Shown: positions 38,592-48,453, counted from the stretch's first letter. The stretch: DNA of 59,430 nucleotides from Fidelibacterota bacterium (GCA_947475365.1 CANJOI010000001.1:1-59430); one strand, 5' to 3'. A program made the numbers and translations. The notes: a model not told the origin generated them from the sequence alone.

Positions 38592-39518
38592 ATGAATACC
38601 ATGCGCGCGGGTCTTTTGCTGGCGGCGATGACCGGCATTTTCCTCGCGGTCGGCTATGCCATCGGCGGCAGCGGCGGCATGCTGATCGCCTTCCTGTTCG
38701 CGGTCGGCACCAACGCCTTCGCCTACTGGAATTCGGACAAGATGGTGCTGTCCATGTACGGCGCGCGGGAAGTCTCGCGCGAGTCCGCGCCGGAGTTCCA
38801 TGACCTGATCGCGCGGCTCGCGGCGCGGGCGAAGCTGCCCATGCCCAAGGTCTATATTATCGACAGCGACCAGCCGAACGCCTTCGCCACGGGCCGCGAT
38901 CCGGAACACGCGGCGGTGGCCGCCACCACGGGCTTGCTGCGCATGCTGGATGAGCGCGAGATCGCCGGCGTCATGGGTCATGAGCTGGCCCATGTGCGCA
39001 ATCGCGACACGCTGGTCATGACCATCACCGCCACGCTTGCCGGCGCCATCGGCATGCTCGCCAATTTCGCCTTCCTGCTGGGCGGCCGGCGCGACGAACG
39101 CGGCGGCGGCAACGCCATTCTCTCCATTGCCATGATGATCCTGGCGCCGATCGCGGCAGCCATGGTGCAGTTCGCCATCTCGCGCACCCGCGAATACGGC
39201 GCCGACCACGGCGGCGCGGAAATCAGCGGCGATCCGCTGGCGCTGGCGTCGGCGCTGGCGAAGCTGGAGCAGATGGCCCACCAGGTGCCCAACGCCCAGG
39301 CGGAAGCCAATCCCGCCACCGCGCATCTGTTCATCGTGAATCCCTTGAGCGGCCATGGCGCGGATAACCTGTTTTCGACCCACCCTGCCGCGCGCAACCG
39401 CATCGCCAAGCTGCAGGAGCTCGCGCGCGGCATGAACGCCGCGCCGGTCACGACAGCCGGCAGGGCAAGCGGGCCGTGGGAAGACACCGCGCCGCGCCGT
39501 AAGGGGCCTTGGGGCTAA
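38592..39518 (+). CDS. htpX: Membrane zinc protease HtpX (M48)
   Basis: [22 protein letters not shown]..., [10 protein letters not shown] (HExxH), [13 protein letters not shown]. The track ORF is extended upstream to 38493. Confidence 0.92.
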   Translation: MNTMRAGLLLAAMTGIFLAVGYAIGGSGGMLIAFLFAVGTNAFAYWNSDKMVLSMYGAREVSRESAPEFHDLIARLAARAKLPMPKVYIIDSDQPNAFATGRDPEHAAVAATTGLLRMLDEREIAGVMGHELAHVRNRDTLVMTITATLAGAIGMLANFAFLLGGRRDERGGGNAILSIAMMILAPIAAAMVQFAISRTREYGADHGGAEISGDPLALASALAKLEQMAHQVPNAQAEANPATAHLFIVNPLSGHGADNLFSTHPAARNRIAKLQELARGMNAAPVTTAGRASGPWEDTAPRRKGPWG

Positions 39519-39571
39519 GGATTCGGGGTTAAGGCTGTTTCCAGGGCCAGCCTTCCTTTAGAAGGACGGCC

Positions 39572-40537
39572 ATGAACGAACCCCTCCCCACCCTCCAGGA
39601 TGTGGAAGCGGCGGCGGACCTGATCCGCCCCGTGCTCATCCCCACGCCCCAGATCTGCTGGCCGCTGCTGTCGGCCCGGGCGGGGACGGAAGTCTGGGTG
39701 AAACACGAGAACCACAATCCCACCGGCGCCTTTAAAGTGCGCGGCGGGCTCACCTATATGGCCCAATTGAAGGCCAAGGCGCCCGAAACCTCCGGCGTTA
39801 TCGCCGCCACACGCGGAAATCACGGCCAAAGCATCGCCCACGCGGCCAAAAGACTGGGTTTGACGGCCACTATTGTCGTCCCGCACGGCAATTCCCGCGA
39901 AAAGAACGCCGCCACCGCCGCTTATGGCGCTGAATTGGTGGAATACGGTGCCGATTTTCAGGAAGCGCTGGAACACGCCATGGCCTTGGGCGCGGAGCGT
40001 AAGCTTCACGCGGTGCCGTCCTTCGCCATGGGTCTGGTGCGCGGGGTCGCGACCTATGCCCTGGAGCTTTTCCGCGGCGTGGCGGACCTGGACACGGTCT
40101 ATGTGCCCATCGGCCTGGGCTCGGGGATCTGCAGCGTGATCGCCATGCGCGACGCCCTCGGCCTCAAAACCAAGGTGGTCGGCGTCACGGCCGAAGGCGC
40201 CCAGGCTTACGCCCTCTCTTTCAAGGCGGGGCGGCCCGTGCCGACCAATCAGGCGGTGACGGTGGCCGACGGCCTCGCGGTCCGTACCCCTCACCCCCAG
40301 GCGGTGGAGATCGTGTGCAAGGGCGCCGATCGCATCGTGGTGGTGACCGACGCCGAGATCCGCGCCGCCATGACCCATTATTACACCGACACCCACAACC
40401 TGGCCGAAGGCGCGGGGGCCGCGGCGCTCGCCGCTTTGCTGCAGGAAAGCCGCAGCATGGCCGGCAAGAAAGTCGCCGTGGTGCTCACGGGCGGCAATGT
40501 GGATCGGCCGGTTTATGCAGGAATTATCGGGGCTTAA
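39572..40537 (+). CDS. PLP-dependent threonine/serine ammonia-lyase family enzyme
   Basis: 321-aa ORF with HENHNPTGAFKVRGG (PLP lysine), ATRGNHGQSIA and GLGSGI motifs. The exact substrate is not determinable from the sequence. Confidence 0.8.
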   Translation: MNEPLPTLQDVEAAADLIRPVLIPTPQICWPLLSARAGTEVWVKHENHNPTGAFKVRGGLTYMAQLKAKAPETSGVIAATRGNHGQSIAHAAKRLGLTATIVVPHGNSREKNAATAAYGAELVEYGADFQEALEHAMALGAERKLHAVPSFAMGLVRGVATYALELFRGVADLDTVYVPIGLGSGICSVIAMRDALGLKTKVVGVTAEGAQAYALSFKAGRPVPTNQAVTVADGLAVRTPHPQAVEIVCKGADRIVVVTDAEIRAAMTHYYTDTHNLAEGAGAAALAALLQESRSMAGKKVAVVLTGGNVDRPVYAGIIGA

Positions 40538-41868
40538 TGGCGCAGCATCACCGCAAAAAAACACCCTTGGGGCCGGAGCTGGCCGCCCGTATGGCCGCGC
40601 TGCAATTGCTGCAGGCCGTGCTGCTCAAACACCGCAGCATAGATGACGCCTTTGATGCGGCCGCGCGCGGTCTAGAGCCACGTGACCGGGCGTTTGTGCG
40701 CCTGCTGGCCGCCACGACCCTGCGCCGCCTGGGTCAGATCGACGACGTGCTGATGAAGTTCGTCGCCAAGGAACCGCCGCCCGATGTGCGCGATTTGCTG
40801 CGCCTCGGGGCCGCGCAATTACTGTTTCTGGGCACACCGCCACATGCCGCGGTGGCGACCACGGTGGACCTGGTGAAAGCCAAGTATGACCGGCTCTCGG
40901 CCTTAGCAAATGCGGTCATGCGCCGGGTGGCCGACCAGGGTGCGGGGCTCATCGCCGCCCAGGACGCGGCGAAGCTTAATACGCCTGACTGGCTGTGGGA
41001 GTCCTGGGTCGCGGCCTATGGCGACCCCGCCGCCCGCGCCACCGCCGAAGCCCATCTCCACGAAGCGCCCCTGGATATCAGCGTGAAGGATCCGGCGACG
41101 GCGCCCGTGTGGGCGGAAAAGCTCGGCGGCCTGGTTCTGCCCACCGGTACCGTGCGCCTGCCCAAGGGCAGCAAAGTGCAGGACCTGGAAGGTTACAGTG
41201 AGGGCGCCTGGTGGGTGCAGGACGCCGCCGCGGCGCTGCCGGCCAAGATTTTGCTGCACGCTTTGCTGCAAAATGGGCTGCAGCATGGACCGCAGCAAAT
41301 TGGCGACATCTGCGCCGCCCCTGGCGGGAAGAGTGCGCAATTGGCGGCGGCCGGCCACAGCGTGACGGCCGTGGATATTTCCGCCCAGCGCCTTGGCTTA
41401 ACAGAGGAAAACTTCAAACGCTTGGGTCTGACGGCTCACACCGTGGTGGCCGACGCGCTCACCTGGCGGCCCGAAACCCCGTTTGACGGCCTGCTGCTGG
41501 ACGCGCCCTGTTCGGCCACCGGCACGATCCGGCGTCACCCGGACCTGCCGTTCCTCAAGCGGCCGACCTCCTTGGAGGCCTTCGTCACCACCCAGACGGC
41601 GCTGCTCAAGGCCGTGGTGCCCATGGTCAAACCGGGCGCCCCCATCGTTTACAGCGTCTGTTCGCTGCAACCCGAGGAGCGCCGCGCGGTGGTCGATGCT
41701 GTCTGTGGGGAAACCGGGCTGGCCCGCTTGAAAGTCCCGGCGGCGGCCATTGCCGGAGAAAACCAGTTCCTGACCCGCGACGGCGAGCTACGCACCCTGC
41801 CCAGCCAGTGGGGCGAGTTGGGCGGCCTCGACGGCTTCTACGGCGTGTTGCTGCAGAGAACCATTTAA
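40537..41868 (+). CDS. rsmB: 16S rRNA (cytosine967-C5)-methyltransferase RsmB/Sun
   Basis: The ATG overlaps the upstream TAA (TAATG at 40535..40539). It has a NusB-like N-terminus, DICAAPGGKSAQLA, LLDAPCSATGTIRRHPD and YSVCSLQPEE. The track ORF is over-extended to 40315. Confidence 0.9.
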   Translation: MAQHHRKKTPLGPELAARMAALQLLQAVLLKHRSIDDAFDAAARGLEPRDRAFVRLLAATTLRRLGQIDDVLMKFVAKEPPPDVRDLLRLGAAQLLFLGTPPHAAVATTVDLVKAKYDRLSALANAVMRRVADQGAGLIAAQDAAKLNTPDWLWESWVAAYGDPAARATAEAHLHEAPLDISVKDPATAPVWAEKLGGLVLPTGTVRLPKGSKVQDLEGYSEGAWWVQDAAAALPAKILLHALLQNGLQHGPQQIGDICAAPGGKSAQLAAAGHSVTAVDISAQRLGLTEENFKRLGLTAHTVVADALTWRPETPFDGLLLDAPCSATGTIRRHPDLPFLKRPTSLEAFVTTQTALLKAVVPMVKPGAPIVYSVCSLQPEERRAVVDAVCGETGLARLKVPAAAIAGENQFLTRDGELRTLPSQWGELGGLDGFYGVLLQRTI

Positions 41869-42578
41869 GCCTTACGGCCGCGCAGGAAGATGTAGTCGCC
41901 GGTGTGTGCGCTGTTCAGCAGGAACACCGTGTAGATCAGGTGCGACAGCAGCTTCTTGACCGGGCCGAAGGCGCCCATGGTGCCCTTGTTGCCCAGCACC
42001 TCCAGAAGATTCCGGTACAGCGGTGAATAGAACGGGAAGCCCCATTCGATGCGCTTGTCGATGGTGAGCCCCGCCGCGGTCATCTTGGCGGCCAACTCGC
42101 CCTTCGCGTAGTTGCGCATATGGCCGATGTCGGCCTCGAACCGCCGCATGCGTCCCTGCAAGGTCGCGATCACCACCGCGCCGCCGGGGGCGCACATGGC
42201 GGCGATGTTGTTCAAGGCCGCCTGGTCGTCGGCGATATGCTCGATGACATCGGCGCAGACCACAAGGTCATAGGTCCCCGGCAGGCGCTGGGTGGCGGCG
42301 TCGAGTTGCGAGATGTCCGCGCCCGGCAGCCCGCGCTTGGCCAGGGCGACCGCGTTCTCGGAAATCTCCACACCGGCGAGTTTGGCGCCTGGGTGCGCCT
42401 GCGCCAGGGCGACGAGCAGCGAGCCTTCGCCGCAGCCCACATCCAGGATCGATCTGGGCGCGAGGTCCCTGGTGATCATGCGCATCAGGCGCCGCGTATG
42501 CCGCGCCATGGGGCCGTAGCGGCGCATGTCGTCCCAGCCGCCGGACCAGATCTGGTCATAGGTGGGGTCGGGAATCAT
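41865..42578 (-). CDS. Class I SAM-dependent methyltransferase
   Basis: 237-aa ORF with ILDVGCGEGSLL (motif I) and YDLVVCADVIEHI. Confidence 0.8.
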   Translation of the reverse strand: MIPDPTYDQIWSGGWDDMRRYGPMARHTRRLMRMITRDLAPRSILDVGCGEGSLLVALAQAHPGAKLAGVEISENAVALAKRGLPGADISQLDAATQRLPGTYDLVVCADVIEHIADDQAALNNIAAMCAPGGAVVIATLQGRMRRFEADIGHMRNYAKGELAAKMTAAGLTIDKRIEWGFPFYSPLYRNLLEVLGNKGTMGAFGPVKKLLSHLIYTVFLLNSAHTGDYIFLRGRKA

Positions 42579-43732
42579 GGCTCGACGCCTCGGGCGCGCG
42601 CTTGGTCCACCACGCCCATCCAGGCGCTGGCGACGATATCCCAGCCGAAAGTGGTCTCGACGCGTTTACGCCCGGCGCGGCCGAATTCCGCGCGGCGGGG
42701 CTCATCCTTGATGAGCGCGGCCAGCGCCGCGCCAAGGGCATCCTCATCTTCGGGCGCCACCAGCAAGCCGGTCTCGCCCTGGATCACCACTTCGCCAGTG
42801 CCCGCGACGCGCGTTCCGACCACGGGCAATCCGGCGGCCATGGCTTCCAGCAGCGCATTGGCCATGCCTTCGTCGCGCGACGGTAGCACGAAGATATCGC
42901 CCTCGCGGTACATGGCGGGCAGCGCGTCCTTATTTACCCAACCGCGCAGGTCCAGGCGATCCGCGAGGCCCAGGCGCGCGGCCTCGCCCGCGATCGCGGG
43001 CCACTCCGGCCCGTCGCCCACCAGGATCAGCCGCCATTTGAGGGCCAGGTCCATCTTGGCGAGCGCCGCGATCAGGACGTCGAGGCCCTTCTGTTTCACC
43101 AGCCGGCCCACGAACAGCAGATTGATGGGGCCGGGCTGCGCGTAGCTGGTCTTGGGTGCGATGCCGGTGAGATCGGCGCCGGCGGGGATCATGCCGATGG
43201 TGGCGTCCGGATCGTGGGTGCGGGCCAAGGTGGCGAGGCCTTGCGAATTGGCCACCACGGCGGCAGCGTCGCGCCATAGGGCGCTGATCAGGCCGCCGGT
43301 GAGTTTGTGGTACAGGCGCATGCGGCCGGGATCGAAGCCGGGCACATCGCCGCCTTGCAGCGAAATGGCGTAAGGGATCTGGCAGGCGCGCTTCAGGTAC
43401 CAGGCGATGGGGGCGGACGGCAGGGTGAAGAACGCCAGCGCCACGTCGATCTTCCAAACCCGCGCCAGCGTGGGCGCTGAGAGCAGCCCCGCGACGATGA
43501 AGGCGAGCATTTCCAGGATCGAGCAACGGTCCGCGCGCCGGCGCAACGCGGGGATGCGCCTGACGGTCACGCCTTCGTCGATTTGCTCGGCGGGCAGATT
43601 GCCCCAGGCGGCGGTGAGCACATAAACCTGATGCCCCATGCGCGCGAAGGCGCGGGCGGTCTGCTGGGTGGCGTTGCCGCCGCCGCCGCCGATGGGGGGA
43701 TATTCGTAATTAATGAGAAGAATGCGCGACAA
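42575..43732 (-). CDS. Glycosyltransferase family 4 (GT-B, GT1-fold)
   Basis: 385-aa ORF: ILLINYEYPPIGGGGGNA..., VLPSRDEGMANALLEAMAAGLPVVGTRVAGTGEVV (EX7E-type). Its stop overlaps the downstream methyltransferase start by 4 nt. Confidence 0.88.
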   Translation of the reverse strand: MSRILLINYEYPPIGGGGGNATQQTARAFARMGHQVYVLTAAWGNLPAEQIDEGVTVRRIPALRRRADRCSILEMLAFIVAGLLSAPTLARVWKIDVALAFFTLPSAPIAWYLKRACQIPYAISLQGGDVPGFDPGRMRLYHKLTGGLISALWRDAAAVVANSQGLATLARTHDPDATIGMIPAGADLTGIAPKTSYAQPGPINLLFVGRLVKQKGLDVLIAALAKMDLALKWRLILVGDGPEWPAIAGEAARLGLADRLDLRGWVNKDALPAMYREGDIFVLPSRDEGMANALLEAMAAGLPVVGTRVAGTGEVVIQGETGLLVAPEDEDALGAALAALIKDEPRRAEFGRAGRKRVETTFGWDIVASAWMGVVDQARARGVEP

Positions 43733-43782
43733 GAAGGATCCGTGAGGATATTGCTCAGCGATTGCCTTAACACCTGAGCCTT

Positions 43783-44706
43783 ATGCGACCAAAGAATTTC
43801 CTGAAGTATGCGGCGATCCTCGGCCTGAAAGTCGGCGTCAGTGCGGCACTGCTTGCCCTGGTTCTGTCACGGGTGCCGTTGCGCGAAGCGGCCGCCGCGG
43901 CCGCGGACATGGCTCCGGCGGCGGTGGCGCTCTCGATCCTTGGCTATTTCGCGGCCCATGTGATCAATGCCGCCAAGCTGCGCGTGCTGTTGCCGGGACT
44001 TTCGCTCTGGCAGGCGTGGCGCTTCACCATGATCGGCGTGTTGTTCGGCCTCGCGCTGCCCGGACAGTTGGCCGGCGACGCGGTCAAGGCGCTGCGCCTG
44101 GCCCGCGCCGCGCCCGATGTGGGTGAAGTAACCGCCGCCGTGGCGGCGACGGCGGTGGATAAAATTATCGGCATGTTCGCGCTGCTGTTGATCACAGCCG
44201 TGGGCCTCGCGCTCAACAGCGGCATTTTCGGGCAACCGGTGATGATCGCGGCCGGCGCGGTGACGATCCTGATCCCGGTGGCCCTGGTCGCCATCCTCTC
44301 GGCGCCGTTGCCCGCCTGGCTCGGAAAATGGGGCCAGGAGTTCGCGGCCTGGCGCACCGTGGCGTTGACGCGCGATGCCTTGTTGCGCGCGCTGGCCCTC
44401 GGCATCGTGTTCCAGTTGGTGTCCATCGCCAGCGTCCAGATTCTGGGCGGCGCCTTGGGAATCACATTGCCTTTCACGGCCTGGGCGGTGGTGGTGGGCC
44501 TCACGTCCGTGATCCTGATGCTGCCGGTGACGGTGGCCGGGCTGGGCCTGCGCGAAGGATCGCTGGTGGCGGTCATGGCCATGCTGGGCGAAGGTAAAGG
44601 CCCGGCGCTGGCGCTGTCCTTCGCGCTTCTGGCGATCAATATCCTGGGCGCGGGTGTGGGCCTGGTCGTTGACCTTGCGGGCCGCGACAAAGCGCCGTCA
44701 GCCTGA
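43783..44706 (+). CDS. UPF0104 / LPG-synthase-TM (flippase-like) integral membrane protein
   Basis: 307-aa polytopic ORF: KVGVSAALLALVLSRVPL..., FGLALPGQLAGDAVKALRL, GLGLREGSLVAVM. Confidence 0.75.
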   Translation: MRPKNFLKYAAILGLKVGVSAALLALVLSRVPLREAAAAAADMAPAAVALSILGYFAAHVINAAKLRVLLPGLSLWQAWRFTMIGVLFGLALPGQLAGDAVKALRLARAAPDVGEVTAAVAATAVDKIIGMFALLLITAVGLALNSGIFGQPVMIAAGAVTILIPVALVAILSAPLPAWLGKWGQEFAAWRTVALTRDALLRALALGIVFQLVSIASVQILGGALGITLPFTAWAVVVGLTSVILMLPVTVAGLGLREGSLVAVMAMLGEGKGPALALSFALLAINILGAGVGLVVDLAGRDKAPSA

Positions 44707-45588
44707 TTTTCGTGCTGTAATGATCAGGGGCGTCCAGCCCTGAAGCGCGATGATCACCGCCGCGGCCAGGCGGTTGATACCGAGCGTCTGTCCCAGGCCG
44801 ACAATCTTGCCGACCACGCCCAAAGCCATCCACCGGCCCACATCGGCGGTGCACATGCGTTCGCGGAATTTCTCCTGACCGAGCGTGAGCACCTCCAGAC
44901 CGCCGATAGCTTTGATCTGGTGGCGCACCCAGAGCGGATTGATCTCGGTGCGGATGGTGGCGGCGAACCACGGGTCCTTGCGGTAGATCCACTTCATCCA
45001 CCACTGAAAGAACCCGTTGGAAAAGATCGGCGGATGGATCGCGGCGTAGTGGCCATCGAAATAGGAAAGATAGTTGGGGCAGACGATCTGCATCACACCG
45101 CCCGGCTTCAACACGCGCGCGGCCTCGCGCAGTACCAGGGCCGGGTCGTTGGTGTGCTCCAGGACGTTGGAGGAATAGACGATGTCGAAAGATGCGTCAG
45201 GGAACGGCAGGCGTTCGCCGGGCGCGTCCTTGATGCGCGCGGTGTCGAGGTCGTTGGCCGCGATCAAAGTGCGGGCGATGGCGGCTGAGCTTTCGAAGCC
45301 TTCGCCTTCCGGTTCCACGCCCCAGCCGTCGACGCCGTACTTCTTGCGCCAGACGATGTGATTGACGCCGCAGCCGGTGCCGATCTCCAGAACCTTTTTG
45401 CCGTCGAGGGGCGTGTAAGCGCTGAGCACCGCCGCCATGTCCTCGGCCTTGCGGGGATCAAGCGTGTCGTCGGCGTATTTGCTGGGGTCGATACCCATCT
45501 GGTGTGTGAAGCGCAGGCCCTGGCTGTCGCGCAGGCGCGTCCAGGCGTCGTCGGTGATGGTGCAAAACGGGGTCGAGAGCGCGTTCAT
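44698..45588 (-). CDS. Class I SAM-dependent methyltransferase (Methyltransf_11-like)
   Basis: The real start is ATG 45588 (MNALSTPFCTITDDAW...), overlapping the asnB-like stop (ATGA). It contains VLEIGTGCGVN and FDIVYSSNVLEHTNDP. The 480-aa track ORF is an alternate-frame extension into the asnB-like gene. Confidence 0.82.
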   Translation of the reverse strand: MNALSTPFCTITDDAWTRLRDSQGLRFTHQMGIDPSKYADDTLDPRKAEDMAAVLSAYTPLDGKKVLEIGTGCGVNHIVWRKKYGVDGWGVEPEGEGFESSAAIARTLIAANDLDTARIKDAPGERLPFPDASFDIVYSSNVLEHTNDPALVLREAARVLKPGGVMQIVCPNYLSYFDGHYAAIHPPIFSNGFFQWWMKWIYRKDPWFAATIRTEINPLWVRHQIKAIGGLEVLTLGQEKFRERMCTADVGRWMALGVVGKIVGLGQTLGINRLAAAVIIALQGWTPLIITARKSG

Positions 45589-47435
45589 GCCGCACCTCGC
45601 GCGGAGTGGCTCAGCGCCATCCAGCACCACAGCGCCAGGCGCTCGTCGGATGCGCGCGCGCGGTGGATGTCCCAGCGCCGGCGCAGGACGGCGGTGTTGG
45701 CGTAGGGAACGGTTTCGCGCGGCGGCTCCCAGCTTCTCAGCCAGCGCGCCAGCGGAATGCCGAAGCCCTTCTTCGGCCGCGCCAGGATGTCCGCCGGCAG
45801 GCGCTTCTTCACGGCCTGTTTGAGAATCCATTTGGTCTCGCCGCCGTTGAGCTTGAGGCGCGGCGGCAGGCGGCGCACGAAGTCCACAACGGTGTTGTCC
45901 AGGAACGGCGCCCGCACCTCCAGCGACACCGCCATGCTGGCGCGGTCGGTTTTGGTGAGGATGCCGTCGGTCAGATAGAAGCGGGTGTAGAAGTCCAGCA
46001 CGCGGTCGACGCGGTCGCGGCTGGGGCAAGCGTCCCAGGCGGCGATGGCCTCGCTGTAGAGTTCCTCGGCGCTGATGGGCGTCTCGAACAGATCCGCGAT
46101 CTCGTCCGGTTGCAGCGGCGCGAGCCACAGGGGATTCCACAGCGCGTCGCGATGCTTCAGGCCCTTGAGGCCCCGGTTGAGCATGAAGTCGAAGCTCATG
46201 TTCCGCTCCGACACCGGCAGCCGCGCCGCCAAGGCCTTCACGGCCGCATGCACCGGGCGCGGCACCACGGCGTCATAGAACGCCGCACGGCCCAGCACCT
46301 TGAAAGGATCGTAGCCCGCGAACAACTCATCGCCGCCGTCGCCCGAAAGCGCCACGGTCACATGCTTGCGCGCGAAAGACGACAGCAGCGCCGTGGGCAA
46401 GATGGAGCTGTCGCCCAGGGGTTCGCCGATGGTGTCGAGTAATGCCGGCACCTGGTCGCGGGCGGACTCCAGCTGGCAGATCTCCGAGAAATGCGTGGAG
46501 CCCACATGCTTCGCGACGCGCTCGGCGTAGATGGACTCGTCGAAACTCTGTTCGCGGAAACCGATAGCGAAGGTTTTCAGCTCCGCGGCCGGGCGGGTGT
46601 CGGCGGCGTAGCTCAGGACGGCGCTGGAATCCACGCCGCCCGAGAGAAAAATGCCAACGGGCACGTCTGCCTCAAGCCGCAACGCGACCGCGTGGGCGAG
46701 CAGGGCGTCCAGCTCCTCGGCCAGATCCTGGTCTCGCCCGGGCGGATCGTTGGGCGTGATCTCAAACGTCCAATAGGCGCGCGTGTCCCGCGCGCCGGTG
46801 GCGGCGTCGATGCGCATGACGTGGCCAGCGGGGAGTTTCGCGATCCGCTCATAGGGCGAGTGCGCGCCCGGAAAATAGCCGTGGGCGAAGAATTTCATCA
46901 GCCCGGTCTTGGACGGCGACGCGGTCTTGAAGGCGGGATGCGCCAGCAGCGCGCGCAGCTCGGAGCCGAAGGCGAAGCAGCCGTTGCTCTCGCCGTAGAA
47001 CAGGGGCTTCTCGCCGAAGCGGTCGCGGGCCAGCACCAGCGTCTTGCGGTGCCGGTCGTAGATCGCCACCGCGAACATGCCGTTCAGTTTGGCGAACAGG
47101 CCTTCGCCCCAGGCCTTATAGCCCTGCACCAGCACTTCCGTGTCGGAGTGATCGCTCTGGAAGCGATGTCCCTGGGCCTCCAGGTCGCGGCGCAGGTCGC
47201 GGTGGTTATAGATCTCGCCGTTCTGGATGACGCAGATGTCGCCGCGCTCGTCCCACATGGGCATGGCGCCGCCTTTGATATCCACCACCGCCAGGCGGCG
47301 GCTGCCCAGGAATACCGGCAGGTGCTGGTCGGCGAAGTAGCCGTCGCCGTCAGGGCCGCGATGGATAATGGCGTCGCACATGGCGCGCAGGTCGGCCGCG
47401 GTTCCGGCGCCGATGAAACCCGCGATGCCGCACAT
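45585..47435 (-). CDS. Asparagine synthase (glutamine-hydrolysing)-family amidotransferase
   Basis: 616-aa ORF with an MCGIAGF Ntn-glutaminase N-terminus and FLSGGVDSS PP-loop. It is probably a glycan or other carboxylate amidotransferase given its context, rather than housekeeping AsnB. Confidence 0.85.
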   Translation of the reverse strand: MCGIAGFIGAGTAADLRAMCDAIIHRGPDGDGYFADQHLPVFLGSRRLAVVDIKGGAMPMWDERGDICVIQNGEIYNHRDLRRDLEAQGHRFQSDHSDTEVLVQGYKAWGEGLFAKLNGMFAVAIYDRHRKTLVLARDRFGEKPLFYGESNGCFAFGSELRALLAHPAFKTASPSKTGLMKFFAHGYFPGAHSPYERIAKLPAGHVMRIDAATGARDTRAYWTFEITPNDPPGRDQDLAEELDALLAHAVALRLEADVPVGIFLSGGVDSSAVLSYAADTRPAAELKTFAIGFREQSFDESIYAERVAKHVGSTHFSEICQLESARDQVPALLDTIGEPLGDSSILPTALLSSFARKHVTVALSGDGGDELFAGYDPFKVLGRAAFYDAVVPRPVHAAVKALAARLPVSERNMSFDFMLNRGLKGLKHRDALWNPLWLAPLQPDEIADLFETPISAEELYSEAIAAWDACPSRDRVDRVLDFYTRFYLTDGILTKTDRASMAVSLEVRAPFLDNTVVDFVRRLPPRLKLNGGETKWILKQAVKKRLPADILARPKKGFGIPLARWLRSWEPPRETVPYANTAVLRRRWDIHRARASDERLALWCWMALSHSARGAA

Positions 47436-47439
47436 ATTT

Positions 47440-48453
47440 TTAAGAAATGCGGCGGACGTCGCCGCGCGCTGCGTCTTCTACCGGCGCGAGGTTGATGCGC
47501 TCTTTGACGGTATAGGGGGTCTTGTTCTGCGCTTCGTAGTAGATGCGCACCAGCACCTCCGCCAGCAGACCCATCAGGATGCACATGACCCCGGTGATGA
47601 AGCCGAGGGTGAACAGAAGCGGCAGCGGCGTCTGGACGAAGGAGGTGTCGCGGAAGAACTTGAGGTACAGCGCGCTGATTCCCGCGAACAGTGAAACCCC
47701 GAAGAAGAAGAACCCTACGGCGCCGAAGATATAGATCGGCTTGGTTTCGTATTGAGTGAGGAACTTCACCACCAGGAGATCGAGCATCACCTTGAAGATG
47801 CGCGACAGGCCGTATTTGGATTTGCCGGCGGTGCGGGCGTGATGCGTGACCGGCAGCTCGGTGATGCGGGCACCCTGCCATTTGGCGTAGATCGGCACAA
47901 AGCGGTGCATCTCGCCGTAAAGGCGGAAGCCTTCCAGCACTTCGTGCCGATAGGCTTTCAAGGTGCAGCCGTAGTCGTTGAGGTGCACGCCCGAGACCCA
48001 GCTTATGAGGCCGTTGGCGATCTTGCTGGGCAGGGTGCGGGTGAACAGGGCGTCCTTGCGGTCCTTGCGCCAGCCGGACACCACGTCATAGCCCTCGTCC
48101 ATCTTGGTCAGCAGGCGGCCGATATCGGCGGGGTCGTTCTGCAGGTCGCCGTCCATGGGCACGATCACGGCCCCCTTGGCATGGTCGATGCCCGCCATCA
48201 TGGCGGCGGTCTGGCCGACATTGCGCTTGAAGGAGATCAGCTTCACCTGCGGGTGGGCGCGGGCACAGCGCGCGAGCTTCGCGCCGGTGCCGTCGGTGGA
48301 GCCGTCGTCGATGACGATGATCTCATAGGGCCGCGCGAGGCCCTCCATCGCCGGCAAAAGCGCCGCCATCAACGGGTCGATGTTCTCAACCTCGTCGAAG
48401 ATCGGAATAATGACCGAAACCAGATCGCGGTTGCCCAAACTCTGGTTGCTCAA
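47440..48453 (-). CDS. GT2 polyprenyl-phosphate glycosyltransferase (GtrB/ArnC/DPM1-like) with two C-terminal TM helices
   Basis: VSVIIPIFDEVENI, IIVIDDGSTDGT and PMDGDLQNDP (DxD), plus C-terminal TM segments IYIFGAVGFFFFGVSLFAGI and LLFTLGFITGVMCILMGLL. The preferred start is TTG 48453, preceded by AGGAAGAGG. The track ORF extends to 48561. Confidence 0.85.
   Translation of the reverse strand: MSNQSLGNRDLVSVIIPIFDEVENIDPLMAALLPAMEGLARPYEIIVIDDGSTDGTGAKLARCARAHPQVKLISFKRNVGQTAAMMAGIDHAKGAVIVPMDGDLQNDPADIGRLLTKMDEGYDVVSGWRKDRKDALFTRTLPSKIANGLISWVSGVHLNDYGCTLKAYRHEVLEGFRLYGEMHRFVPIYAKWQGARITELPVTHHARTAGKSKYGLSRIFKVMLDLLVVKFLTQYETKPIYIFGAVGFFFFGVSLFAGISALYLKFFRDTSFVQTPLPLLFTLGFITGVMCILMGLLAEVLVRIYYEAQNKTPYTVKERINLAPVEDAARGDVRRIS

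Noticed and set aside
38276-38638. A 120-aa minus-strand track ORF upstream of htpX.
   Set aside because: It has an Arg/Ala-rich composition with no motif. It lies on the same strand as the 58-aa DUF1674 ORF but in a different frame, and the DUF1674 ORF carries a strong family signature. It also runs into the htpX 5' end.
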